Shown piece by piece: positions 8,998-17,768 of a stretch of DNA of 64,000 bases. A model generated the notes under the pieces. The model was given only the letters and a program-made list of their open reading frames with translations, was not told the origin of the DNA and searched no databases. A program made the position numbers and the translations under genes. The stretch is from an uncultured Bacillales bacterium (GTDB lineage: Bacteria; Bacillota_I; Bacilli_A; RFN20; CAG-826), in the NCBI GenBank assembly GCA_937892755.1, contig CALBHT010000086.1, forward strand, positions 11 through 64,010. The letters run 5' to 3'. How positions within the stretch are numbered: the stretch's first letter is position 1; every line of letters begins with the position of its first letter.

Positions 8998-10593
8998 TTA
9001 ATAGGTTGGTTTCGTGGCTTTTACGGTGTTGTTATAGGCGTCTTGGAAAGCCTTATCCACGGATTTGCCTTGGGCGATGATATAAGTAAGAATCTGCCCA
9101 ACTTCATCACGCGCTTTCTCAGAACCAAGGAAGACCGCGGAAGTCATGTATTTGTCGCGAAGAGATGCCGTCGCGGCAGGGATGGCGTATTTCAAATCCG
9201 CGTCTTTTTGAGCAATCCATTCTTTGTATTCGTTTGTCTCGAAAGAAGAAACGCGGACTGGATCATAGGAGTTCTGCATCGCGAGTTTGGCATTATTCAC
9301 TGGGTTTGCGAGCTCTTTATAGAAGAGCCAGGCACCCTTATGAATATACGGATTGTCGTTATTGAAGAAGCAGATAGAAGGACCTTGTTGAATGTATTTC
9401 GGCGTTTTTCCTTCTGGATAAGGAACTGCGGCTAAACCAACGCGGAAATTGCTAGAAACGTTATAGCTGCTGCCGCCCGTTGAACCGATGCTCATCGCCG
9501 ATTGTTTGGCCGTGAAATAGTCGTTTGTATATTTCCCACCCAATAGCCCTTTCGTGATGAAAAGGCCATCTTGATAAAGCTTTACGACGTCGCTTACGAA
9601 CGCTTTCGCTTCTGGGTTATTGAATTTGATATGATCTTTTGGCTTAGAGATATTCTCGTTAGTCGTGTATTCAATACCTCTCATCGCGAATTGCGAAATA
9701 AGGAGGTTCGAGTCACTATCATAACCAACAGGGTAGAATTCGTTCGTCACTCCTTCTTTTTTGAGGTCTTCCTTCATCTTTTTGGAGACGGAAACCATTT
9801 GCTCCCAAGTGACTGGGACATCATAAACGTATCCATCATGCGCTTGCAGCCATGTTTTTAAGGCATTAAGCTGTTCGTCCGTGGACGAAGATGCGCTAGC
9901 AGGTTGACGAAGCGCCTCATATTCGGAATTGGAAGCGAATTTCTTGCTGTTTGCGGGGTTATCGCCAAAGAAATAGTTCATGTTGTAGTACATAATCTCG
10001 GTGGATTTGTACATTGGCATGGACCACTGTCCTTTGAACTGATAATCGCTGCCTTCCTCATAAAAAGCGGGGACAAAGTCTTTGATATCGTCTTCGCTAT
10101 AACCAAAATCCGCATCTTTGATGAAATTGTCCAAACGGAGAATCGCGCTATGCTCAATGCGCTGTCCCATATAGACGGAGAAGTTATCGGGGTATCCCAT
10201 CGTCAAAGCAGGGATTTCATTCGAAGCGAGTTTTTGCTTAATCGCGTCAGAAAGACCTTCGTATGTGCCAGCAATTTTTTCCTCAACGACTTTGTATTTC
10301 CCTTGGTATTTATTGTTGAAACCATCCATGATTTTGCCCAAGTTCGTGCTCTTCTCATGACCTAAGCAAGACCAGAATTTGATAGTGACTTCACTCGATG
10401 GATCATCCCTAGGAAGAACAGCGTCGACCACATCGACCTGCTCGAACTCTGAGGTTTCTCCATTAGAATTAGAGGAGTTAGGGTTGCCTCCTTGAGAGGA
10501 CTCTTCTGCTTCGTTCCCTCCGCAGCTAGCGAGGGTAAGGGCGCTGAGCACCCCCATGAGGGTGAGGGTCAATAATTTTTTCTTGTTTTTCAT
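8998..10593 (-). CDS. ABC transporter solute-binding lipoprotein (carbohydrate-type, family 1).
   Basis: Lipobox LTLASCGG. Its size and its position upstream of two MalFG-type permeases and a MalK-type ATPase support the call. Confidence 0.75.
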   Translation of the reverse strand: MKNKKKLLTLTLMGVLSALTLASCGGNEAEESSQGGNPNSSNSNGETSEFEQVDVVDAVLPRDDPSSEVTIKFWSCLGHEKSTNLGKIMDGFNNKYQGKYKVVEEKIAGTYEGLSDAIKQKLASNEIPALTMGYPDNFSVYMGQRIEHSAILRLDNFIKDADFGYSEDDIKDFVPAFYEEGSDYQFKGQWSMPMYKSTEIMYYNMNYFFGDNPANSKKFASNSEYEALRQPASASSSTDEQLNALKTWLQAHDGYVYDVPVTWEQMVSVSKKMKEDLKKEGVTNEFYPVGYDSDSNLLISQFAMRGIEYTTNENISKPKDHIKFNNPEAKAFVSDVVKLYQDGLFITKGLLGGKYTNDYFTAKQSAMSIGSTGGSSYNVSSNFRVGLAAVPYPEGKTPKYIQQGPSICFFNNDNPYIHKGAWLFYKELANPVNNAKLAMQNSYDPVRVSSFETNEYKEWIAQKDADLKYAIPAATASLRDKYMTSAVFLGSEKARDEVGQILTYIIAQGKSVDKAFQDAYNNTVKATKPTY

Positions 10594-10615
10594 ATTGGAA
10601 TTATCTCCTTAAAAA

Positions 10616-11545
10616 TTATCCTTTTATACCAGCGCGGGAAACGCCACGCATAATATACTTTCTGAAGAAAATGAAGACGAGCAAAAGCGGGACCGTAACA
10701 ACCACGGTCGCAGCCATCTGCGCCCCATAATCATCATAATTTTCGGCCGTAGAGAAGGTTTCACGCAAGCCGTTCGTGATAAGATAAAGCTCTTTATGCC
10801 CGGTTGTGATGAGGTTTGGCCAGACATAAGCGTTCCACGCGCCCATAAGCTTGAGAATGAAAATTGTGGTCAAGGTTGGCATCGCCAAAGGAACCATGAC
10901 TTTCCACAAATACTGCCAATCCGACTTTCCATCGACTTTTGCCGCTAGATAAAGCTCGTTCGGAATCTGCTTGAAATTCTGGCGGAGCAAATAGATGTAA
11001 AAAATGGAAATCATGAACGGGATGATCATTGCTGTATAGGAAGCGATCGCGTTCGTCCCACCCGTTAAGCCGAGGAGAGAAACGGAAATGTAGTTCGAGA
11101 TGACCATCATTTCCCCTGGAATCATCATCGTGGAAAGAAGAATCCCAAAGAGGAAGTCGCGACCCTTAAATTCAAGGCGCGCAAATGCAAAGGCGGCGAA
11201 AATGGTTGTGATTAACGTCCCAATTGTTGAGAAAATGCCAACAATCAAGGTGTTTTTGAGCAACACGCCAAAATTGAGGCGGCTCATCGCAGAAGCATAG
11301 TTATCGAAGCGGAATACCTCTGGCCACATCGTCGGGACAAGACGCTTGATTTCCGCACCGCCCTTCAAAGATGTGATAAGCATCCAATAAAAAGGGAAAA
11401 TCATAATAAGGGCGAAAACCGTCAAAAATAAGTAAATGAAAACCAAACTGACGATCGAAGCGATTCTCCCCAATTTCTCTTTTTTCTCTGTCGATAGTTT
11501 CTCATCGGCGAGAACAAGGTGCAATTCTGGATAATTGTTTTCCAT
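10616..11545 (-). CDS. ABC transporter permease (MalG/UgpE-like).
   Basis: Six TM helices. EAA loop YLAAKVDGKSDWQYLWKVMVPLAMP. Confidence 0.85.
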   Translation of the reverse strand: MENNYPELHLVLADEKLSTEKKEKLGRIASIVSLVFIYLFLTVFALIMIFPFYWMLITSLKGGAEIKRLVPTMWPEVFRFDNYASAMSRLNFGVLLKNTLIVGIFSTIGTLITTIFAAFAFARLEFKGRDFLFGILLSTMMIPGEMMVISNYISVSLLGLTGGTNAIASYTAMIIPFMISIFYIYLLRQNFKQIPNELYLAAKVDGKSDWQYLWKVMVPLAMPTLTTIFILKLMGAWNAYVWPNLITTGHKELYLITNGLRETFSTAENYDDYGAQMAATVVVTVPLLLVFIFFRKYIMRGVSRAGIKG

Positions 11546-11547
11546 AA

Positions 11548-12492
11548 TTAATAGTGAACCCTCCGTTTCGAAACCTGGAATTGAATCCCAGTGAAAATCA
11601 AAATGATGATGAATAGAATCACCGCCGCGGCGCAGGCATACTGTACGAAATTGTCGCTAATCTGCTCATAGATGAAATAAACAATGGTATGCATGTTTCC
11701 TGGGCCCGTGTTGATATCGAAAGCGCCACCGTTCGTGCCGAACAAGCCGATGACGGAATTGTATTCTTTGAACGCTCCGATGAAAGAAGTGATGGCAATA
11801 TACATGATTTGTGGAGACAAAAGAGGGACCGTGACTTTCATGACGGTTTTGAAGTGAGATGCCCCATCCACTTTCGCCGCATCATAATATTGCTTATCGA
11901 TGTTTTGAAGCCCACCTAAGAAAATGAGAATCTTGTAAGGCAAGGAATGCCAAACGATGTAAAAGCAAATCGCGAAGAACGCAGACCAATAATTGACTCT
12001 TTCCCCTGTGGCGATATTCATCGAAATCCAAGGATGGCCTTGAATCCCAAACAATGCATTGAATAATCCGTACTGTGTATCAAAGATAACAGAGAAGACC
12101 ATACCGATCGCAATCGCATTGGTGACATAAGGCAAAAAGAAGACAGTTTGGAAGAATTTCTTAAAAGCCTTAATCGAATTCAAGCCAATTGCAATCGCAA
12201 GGGCCAAAATAATGGAGGCCGGAACGGTGACGAAAGTTAGTAAAAGAGTGTTTGGCAAAGCAGTCACCATGACTTCATCAAAGAAGGAGATGCCATCTTC
12301 GTTCCCATTTGGCGAAAGAATTGCAAGATAGTTCCCAAATGTGAAGCCATCACTCGTCCCTAAAACGTAATCGTAATCCTTCAAGAAGGAAACAACGAAC
12401 GTGTTAAGAATCGGATAAAAGGTGAAAACGGAAAGGAGGATGATGACTGGTGCTAAATATAGCCAGGCTTTCCAGTTATTCTTACTTTCCAT
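11548..12492 (-). CDS. ABC transporter permease (MalF/UgpA-like).
   Basis: EAA loop YYDAAKVDGASHFKTVMKVTVPLL. The start was reset to the internal ATG (MESKNNW) with GAGGG upstream, which removes an 83-nt overlap with the ATPase. Confidence 0.8.
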   Translation of the reverse strand: MESKNNWKAWLYLAPVIILLSVFTFYPILNTFVVSFLKDYDYVLGTSDGFTFGNYLAILSPNGNEDGISFFDEVMVTALPNTLLLTFVTVPASIILALAIAIGLNSIKAFKKFFQTVFFLPYVTNAIAIGMVFSVIFDTQYGLFNALFGIQGHPWISMNIATGERVNYWSAFFAICFYIVWHSLPYKILIFLGGLQNIDKQYYDAAKVDGASHFKTVMKVTVPLLSPQIMYIAITSFIGAFKEYNSVIGLFGTNGGAFDINTGPGNMHTIVYFIYEQISDNFVQYACAAAVILFIIILIFTGIQFQVSKRRVHY

Positions 12493-13969
12493 AAACGCCC
12501 TCGAATTCGATTCTTTCTTCGGTATCGTGGTCAAAAACAAAGAGTTTATTCGGACGGATGCCAAATTTCATTTTGCCAACCTTCGCTTGGATATCGCTAT
12601 CGATGATGATCTTGATTTCGTCCCCCATGAACGAATCGTGCTTCGCTAAAAGGGACATATCGCGCCCCATCGTGACAATCGCGGAAACGTCGAGTGTCAA
12701 AACGCGTTTGGAGGCTGGTGTATGCTCATCGGCTAAGAAGCCTTCTGGGCGGATGCCGACATAAACTGGCTTATCGTCCCCCACGAATTGCGAAGAAGTG
12801 CAAATGACTTCGTCCCCGATGCGGAGCGCTCCACCCCCAATCACGCCTTCAAAAACATTGATTGGCGGCGTGCCGAGGAATTTAGCAACGAAGAGGTTCT
12901 TCGGGTTCTTGTAAACTTCCTGTGGAGCGTCTTCTTGCATTTTGACGCCGAGTTTCATAACGACGATGCGGTCAGAGATGGACATTGCCTCTTCTTGGTC
13001 GTGAGTAACGAAAATCGTGGTGATACCGGTTTCACGTTGAATGCGGCGAATCTCTTCACGGGTTTGTAAGCGAAGGCGGGCGTCGAGGTTGCTCAAAGGC
13101 TCATCGAGAAGCAAAACGCGTGGCTTCTTGACAAGGGCGCGGGCAATCGCGACACGTTGCTGCTGTCCACCCGAGAGCTCGCTTGGCTTACGGGAAAGGT
13201 ATTCATCAATCTGAACGAGACGGGCCGTTTCTTGGATGAGGCCATCCATTTCATCCTTCGTGAGTCTTCTTTTTTCTAGAACTGGGCTACCACCGACGAG
13301 GATTTCGCCTTTTTCGTTGACGGTTTGGCCTTTCGCGGTAAGTTTTTCCATTTCCTTATCGATTGATTGCTGGAGCTCGTTGATTTTTGCTTCCTTGAGA
13401 GCTTCGAGTTCCTCTCCACTTGGAACCAAATGAAGACCGTATTTGAAGATGGTTTTCGCTAAGCTCGAAACGATATGATATTCGAAAACGAGTTTGCGGA
13501 TGGATGCTTCTTTGGAGATTTTCCCCTCGAATGTCGACGAACGGATGATCTCAACGATTCTATCCGTTTCGTTTGTGAGTAACTCAATAAGTTTTTTCGA
13601 ATGGATGATTAAGTAATCTTTCTTGTTCGTTTCAACCCTGAGGTTCGTCAAAGGGAAGCGAACGTTGTCATAAACGGTCATATGCGGATACAAAGCATAG
13701 TTTTGGAATACCAAGCCGATTCCGCGCTTCTCTGGCGTTAAGTTTGTGACATCGTCATCGCCAAACCAAATTTCGCCAGACGTTGGGGCTTTTAAACCAG
13801 CGATCATATAAAGCGTGGTTGATTTTCCGCATCCAGAAGGACCTAGTAACCCAAGCAATTCGCCGTCCTTGATATCCAAATTGAAATCATTGACCGCGGT
13901 CGTGTCTGGGATGTTCTTCTGGGGGTTACCCGGGAACGTCTTCGTAAGATGTTTGATTCTAATTTCCAT
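12482..13969 (-). CDS. ABC transporter ATP-binding protein (MalK/UgpC-like) with a ~130-aa insertion.
   Basis: Walker A GPSGCGKST, signature LSGGQQQRVAIARAL, Walker B LLLDEPLSNLDA. A long charged coiled-coil-like insert sits between the Q-loop and the signature. Confidence 0.9.
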   Translation of the reverse strand: MEIRIKHLTKTFPGNPQKNIPDTTAVNDFNLDIKDGELLGLLGPSGCGKSTTLYMIAGLKAPTSGEIWFGDDDVTNLTPEKRGIGLVFQNYALYPHMTVYDNVRFPLTNLRVETNKKDYLIIHSKKLIELLTNETDRIVEIIRSSTFEGKISKEASIRKLVFEYHIVSSLAKTIFKYGLHLVPSGEELEALKEAKINELQQSIDKEMEKLTAKGQTVNEKGEILVGGSPVLEKRRLTKDEMDGLIQETARLVQIDEYLSRKPSELSGGQQQRVAIARALVKKPRVLLLDEPLSNLDARLRLQTREEIRRIQRETGITTIFVTHDQEEAMSISDRIVVMKLGVKMQEDAPQEVYKNPKNLFVAKFLGTPPINVFEGVIGGGALRIGDEVICTSSQFVGDDKPVYVGIRPEGFLADEHTPASKRVLTLDVSAIVTMGRDMSLLAKHDSFMGDEIKIIIDSDIQAKVGKMKFGIRPNKLFVFDHDTEERIEFEGVYGK

Positions 13970-14171
13970 AGAGTTAGGGGACTCCTTACATCATTCAATA
14001 AGTCTATTATTCTATAAGTTTGAGAAATCTTTTACAAACAATTCCAAAACGCATTCTCTTTCGCCTCGAAACCAAAGCGACAAACGGCTCGATTATTGCG
14101 AAGAAAAGTATCTTTTTCATCATCGCTTTTTGCCTTTAGAAAATCTTCGCTCAAACGGCAATGCGTTTTAA

Positions 14172-15146
14172 TCATTTGGATAAATGGAAGTCCGGATTTT
14201 CAAGACGAGCCGCTTCTTTGAGCCGCTTCGCCTCAAGATAATCCTCGACATTGAGGTAAACGGTATCGTAAGTGACGTCCACGACGTATTGGGAGAAAAG
14301 ATAATCCACGAGATTTTCTTTTCGTTTGCTCCAAAAAAGCATTCCCGTGGAAAGGGCGAAAGGAATCAAAAACGCGAAAAAATCCAAAAGGTAATAAACG
14401 AAATAGATGAAAAGGAAGCGAAACAGGTATTGTTTTGCTTTGATATTGAGTGCATTACTCCCAATAAGGGCTAGATGTAACAAATGTTTACCAAGAGTTT
14501 GTCGCCCCCGTTTCCAAATCACGAGCGGGAAGAACAAATAAAAGAGACAAATCGAAGCAGTCAAGCAAAGAAAGAATTCGATTGCCCCATAAAGAAATAG
14601 CTTTCTTGACGCTTCAGCGTAATCCCCGGTTTTGAAAAGCTCTGCTAAGGCGTAATCCTTTGTTTCCGTGACATAAAAATCATAAAGATAATTGGGGTTC
14701 ACATTGTTTTCCTTGATGGTTCCATCGCTATTCCTAGAAAATAAGAAAACATCATCTTGGCGAGCTTCTATTTTTCGTTTGTTGTATTCTTCGCGAATTG
14801 ACGCATTGGAGAATTTGCCATTCTCATAGAAACCATCAAGTCTCATCGAAAGAAAATCTTTTTTGTCGCCATACGTGAGGAGCGGGCAAGATTCACTTGC
14901 GGTGTATTCGTAAATCGCTTGCCCATCCTCCATATAAAGACCGGATTCTTTTTGGAGTTCCGTCCGGATTGCGGTTTGTTCTTTAGCAAACGGGAGAGAG
15001 GAAGCGGCCATATTGACCAAAGAAAATAGCGTCATCGATAGAAGAATCGTGAGGACGAAATCAATCAAAAAAGCAAGCGCTCTTTTTCCGCGGTGTGCTG
15101 GATGATATACCAGTTCTTCTTGCTTCGCTTTTTGTGTTTCTACCAT
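14172..15146 (-). CDS. RDD-family membrane protein with a large extracytoplasmic insert.
   Basis: N-terminal RGKRALAFLIDFVLTILL. C-terminal GRQTLGKHLLHLALIG plus TM helices. Confidence 0.55.
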   Translation of the reverse strand: MVETQKAKQEELVYHPAHRGKRALAFLIDFVLTILLSMTLFSLVNMAASSLPFAKEQTAIRTELQKESGLYMEDGQAIYEYTASESCPLLTYGDKKDFLSMRLDGFYENGKFSNASIREEYNKRKIEARQDDVFLFSRNSDGTIKENNVNPNYLYDFYVTETKDYALAELFKTGDYAEASRKLFLYGAIEFFLCLTASICLFYLFFPLVIWKRGRQTLGKHLLHLALIGSNALNIKAKQYLFRFLFIYFVYYLLDFFAFLIPFALSTGMLFWSKRKENLVDYLFSQYVVDVTYDTVYLNVEDYLEAKRLKEAARLENPDFHLSK

Positions 15147-15147
15147 G

Positions 15148-16377
15148 CTAAGCCTCTTTCTTTTCCTCTAGCGGAGTGCCTTTTTCTAATTCTTCGGTGT
15201 CTTTAACGAGGAGACGAGCGGCAAGCTCAGGCAAGCCTTGACGATTTTTCCCAAAAATCAAAGTGAAAACGGAAATGATGGCCATTAGCAAAGACGCTAG
15301 AAGAAGATAAAGGAAGCGAAAATAACCAAAGGAAACAAAGAGGAGCCCCCACTGTGAAAAGAAAAAGAGCACAAGAGCAGGTATAGAAGAATACATTAAT
15401 AAGCGAAGTGAGCTCTTCACGAAATAAGAATAAAACTTAGGAGAGGTTTCTTCTTCGGTAGAATAAGCGAGCTTATGAAGATGGTAACCTAGCGTCACCT
15501 TTCGCTTGCTAATAAGTGGGAACAGTTCACAAAGTGCGAAAGCAAAAACGTAGGAGAAGAAAACGGAAAGCAAATATCCCAAAGAGTAGCTATTATACGC
15601 AATAGAGAATGCCTTTTGATGGGATAGATATGGCTCGTAGTGGTTTTCCACTTCTTTGATAAAAACATTTTCGGCAGAAAGGAAGGCTTTTTGTAAAGAT
15701 AAATAATAAATAGAGCCCCCCGCATCCCCGTATACGAGATATTCCGCGATGTTTTTCGCTTTTTTGAAATCCAATTGTTGATAAACGGATAGCTCCTCCG
15801 TGACTTTCGTAAAATAGTCGCGATAATCCGCCTTCGCGTACGTAAATGCGGTTGAGTAAAGGAAATCTTCTTTATTCGCTTGGTAATCGACATCGTTATA
15901 AACATAAGAAGAAAGGGAGGCATGAGCAGGTTTGAACGAATAATAATAATAAGAAATGCGATCATGAAGATAGGTTCCGCTTTTCTCAAGGAAAGTATCT
16001 TCGATGGAGACATCTTTTGCCGAAGCATGGGTCAATGGATAAGGCACATTGTTCAAGTAATACGCGGTTTGGGTAAGCGTGATGATATATTCCTTTGCCA
16101 GATCGTTTAACGGCGTGAGCTTTTTGCTTTCGCTATCATAAGGCTGCAAACGTGTCTCGCTCACGACTTGCCGCAATATCGTCGTTTCCTCGGTGATTCT
16201 ATTTTTCTCTTCTTTTGTGGAGGGTAAAGCACCAAAGATTGGTAAACCCGCCAAAGCGAAAACAAGCATGGACAATACGAAAGTAATTCCATAGTCGCAT
16301 AACGAAGACAAAAAAATCTTTCCTTTTTTGGCTAACGTATTGTTCTTATAGGGAGAATAAAGAATCTGTTTATCCAT
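15148..16377 (-). CDS. RDD-like membrane protein paralog.
   Basis: Same architecture. N-terminal basic segment KKGKIFLSSLCDYGITFVLSML, central soluble region, C-terminal TM cluster with RKVTLGYHLHKL. Confidence 0.5.
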   Translation of the reverse strand: MDKQILYSPYKNNTLAKKGKIFLSSLCDYGITFVLSMLVFALAGLPIFGALPSTKEEKNRITEETTILRQVVSETRLQPYDSESKKLTPLNDLAKEYIITLTQTAYYLNNVPYPLTHASAKDVSIEDTFLEKSGTYLHDRISYYYYSFKPAHASLSSYVYNDVDYQANKEDFLYSTAFTYAKADYRDYFTKVTEELSVYQQLDFKKAKNIAEYLVYGDAGGSIYYLSLQKAFLSAENVFIKEVENHYEPYLSHQKAFSIAYNSYSLGYLLSVFFSYVFAFALCELFPLISKRKVTLGYHLHKLAYSTEEETSPKFYSYFVKSSLRLLMYSSIPALVLFFFSQWGLLFVSFGYFRFLYLLLASLLMAIISVFTLIFGKNRQGLPELAARLLVKDTEELEKGTPLEEKKEA

Positions 16378-16421
16378 CGATAATAATCTTAACCGAAAGA
16401 AGCAAAAACTTGAATGAAAGG

Positions 16422-17690
16422 CTACTCCTCTTTCTTATTCTCTTCTGCCCCGAATATCTCCTCACGTCCCTTTTTGATGGACTCGATGTCGATGACTTCC
16501 ACTTCTTTCACATTGGCTTCCGAAACGGCAGCATCGCGACTAGATTCGCCCGATAGATGACGTTCCTCGTCATCGGCGTTCTCGTAAATCTCGCTCTTTT
16601 TACGCTCCACGACGACCGTTTTTCCCAAGCGATCTTGAAGAGCCAAGGAGTTCGGGTTCCGTGCCCCAACCATAGTGATATAGTCGATCAAACAAACAAG
16701 GAACAGCAGGAAAACGAGATATAGATTCGAAATTGGAGCGATTACGTAAATAGAAGCGATAAGAAACATCACTCCTGAACGAATCAGTTTGCTAACGGGT
16801 CTCACGCGATACCCGTCTTGCCCCACAAGGCACGTACCAAACGCGAGCTTTCCGATCGTCTGACCATTTTTCATAAGAACCGGGATAAGGAAAAAGAAAG
16901 CGAAGGAAAACGGCAAATAACAAATGAGTCGGATTGCCCAATTCGTCATTTTGGAATGCTCGCTCATCGTTTGGTAATAGGGTTGCTTGGTAAGCACTTG
17001 ATTGGCTTGGACGAAAAGTGACTTATCCGCGCCATAGAAATAGGAATTCAATTTGTTGATAAGCTCCGCTTTCGCCGTCTCATCGTTGCCTTGAATCACG
17101 GCTTCGTATTGGCTTTGCAAAGTGGCAGGCAAGGAGAAATCGACCACCCCCGTCGCCTCATTGACCGCATAACGATAATACTTGCTTTCTCCATACAATT
17201 TGCTTTCGTCTTTCGTGATCTCCTCTTTTGTGAGATTTTTCGTAGAGTCATAATCAGGAAGTCCCAAAACGATGGTATGAAAATATTCCCGGCTATATTT
17301 GATCCCATTTTCTCCTTCGCGGTTTTCAATTCGCCAATCATTTGGACAGAACTCGTTATAAAAATAATCCAAAGAAGAATAATAAATCGGATAGAGAGAT
17401 GGCGCTTTGTTCCCAGCGCTCGATTCTTGGACATAGTAAGAAGTCGCCGCGACTTGAATAGATGTTTTGCTTTCGTCCGCGTATTCGAAAAGCTTCGAAT
17501 CGGTTGCAAAAGCGTAGAAATTGATAGTATCCGCTTTGGAACCCATGCTCTCAGCGAGGACATTCGTGCCTAGCGTGTAAAGCAAAGTGAGATAAAGAGC
17601 GAACGTGAGAACAAAATCGAGAGCGAAAGCCCCGATGCGCTTTCCTAAGGAAGCGATATGAATTGTGTCTTTCATTTTTTCCATATGCAA
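16422..17690 (-). CDS. RDD-family membrane protein paralog.
   Basis: N-terminal LGKRIGAFALDFVLTFAL. C-terminal NGQTIGKLAFGTCLVG...LALQDRLGKTVVV, the classic RDD C-terminal motif. Confidence 0.6.
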   Translation of the reverse strand: MHMEKMKDTIHIASLGKRIGAFALDFVLTFALYLTLLYTLGTNVLAESMGSKADTINFYAFATDSKLFEYADESKTSIQVAATSYYVQESSAGNKAPSLYPIYYSSLDYFYNEFCPNDWRIENREGENGIKYSREYFHTIVLGLPDYDSTKNLTKEEITKDESKLYGESKYYRYAVNEATGVVDFSLPATLQSQYEAVIQGNDETAKAELINKLNSYFYGADKSLFVQANQVLTKQPYYQTMSEHSKMTNWAIRLICYLPFSFAFFFLIPVLMKNGQTIGKLAFGTCLVGQDGYRVRPVSKLIRSGVMFLIASIYVIAPISNLYLVFLLFLVCLIDYITMVGARNPNSLALQDRLGKTVVVERKKSEIYENADDEERHLSGESSRDAAVSEANVKEVEVIDIESIKKGREEIFGAEENKKEE

Positions 17691-17768
17691 AGTCTAGTCG
17701 GGAGAAGGGAAAAAATCCATAGAGAACGAAGAAAGGGCGGAAGACCGCCCTCGGAGAAAAGTCCCTTC

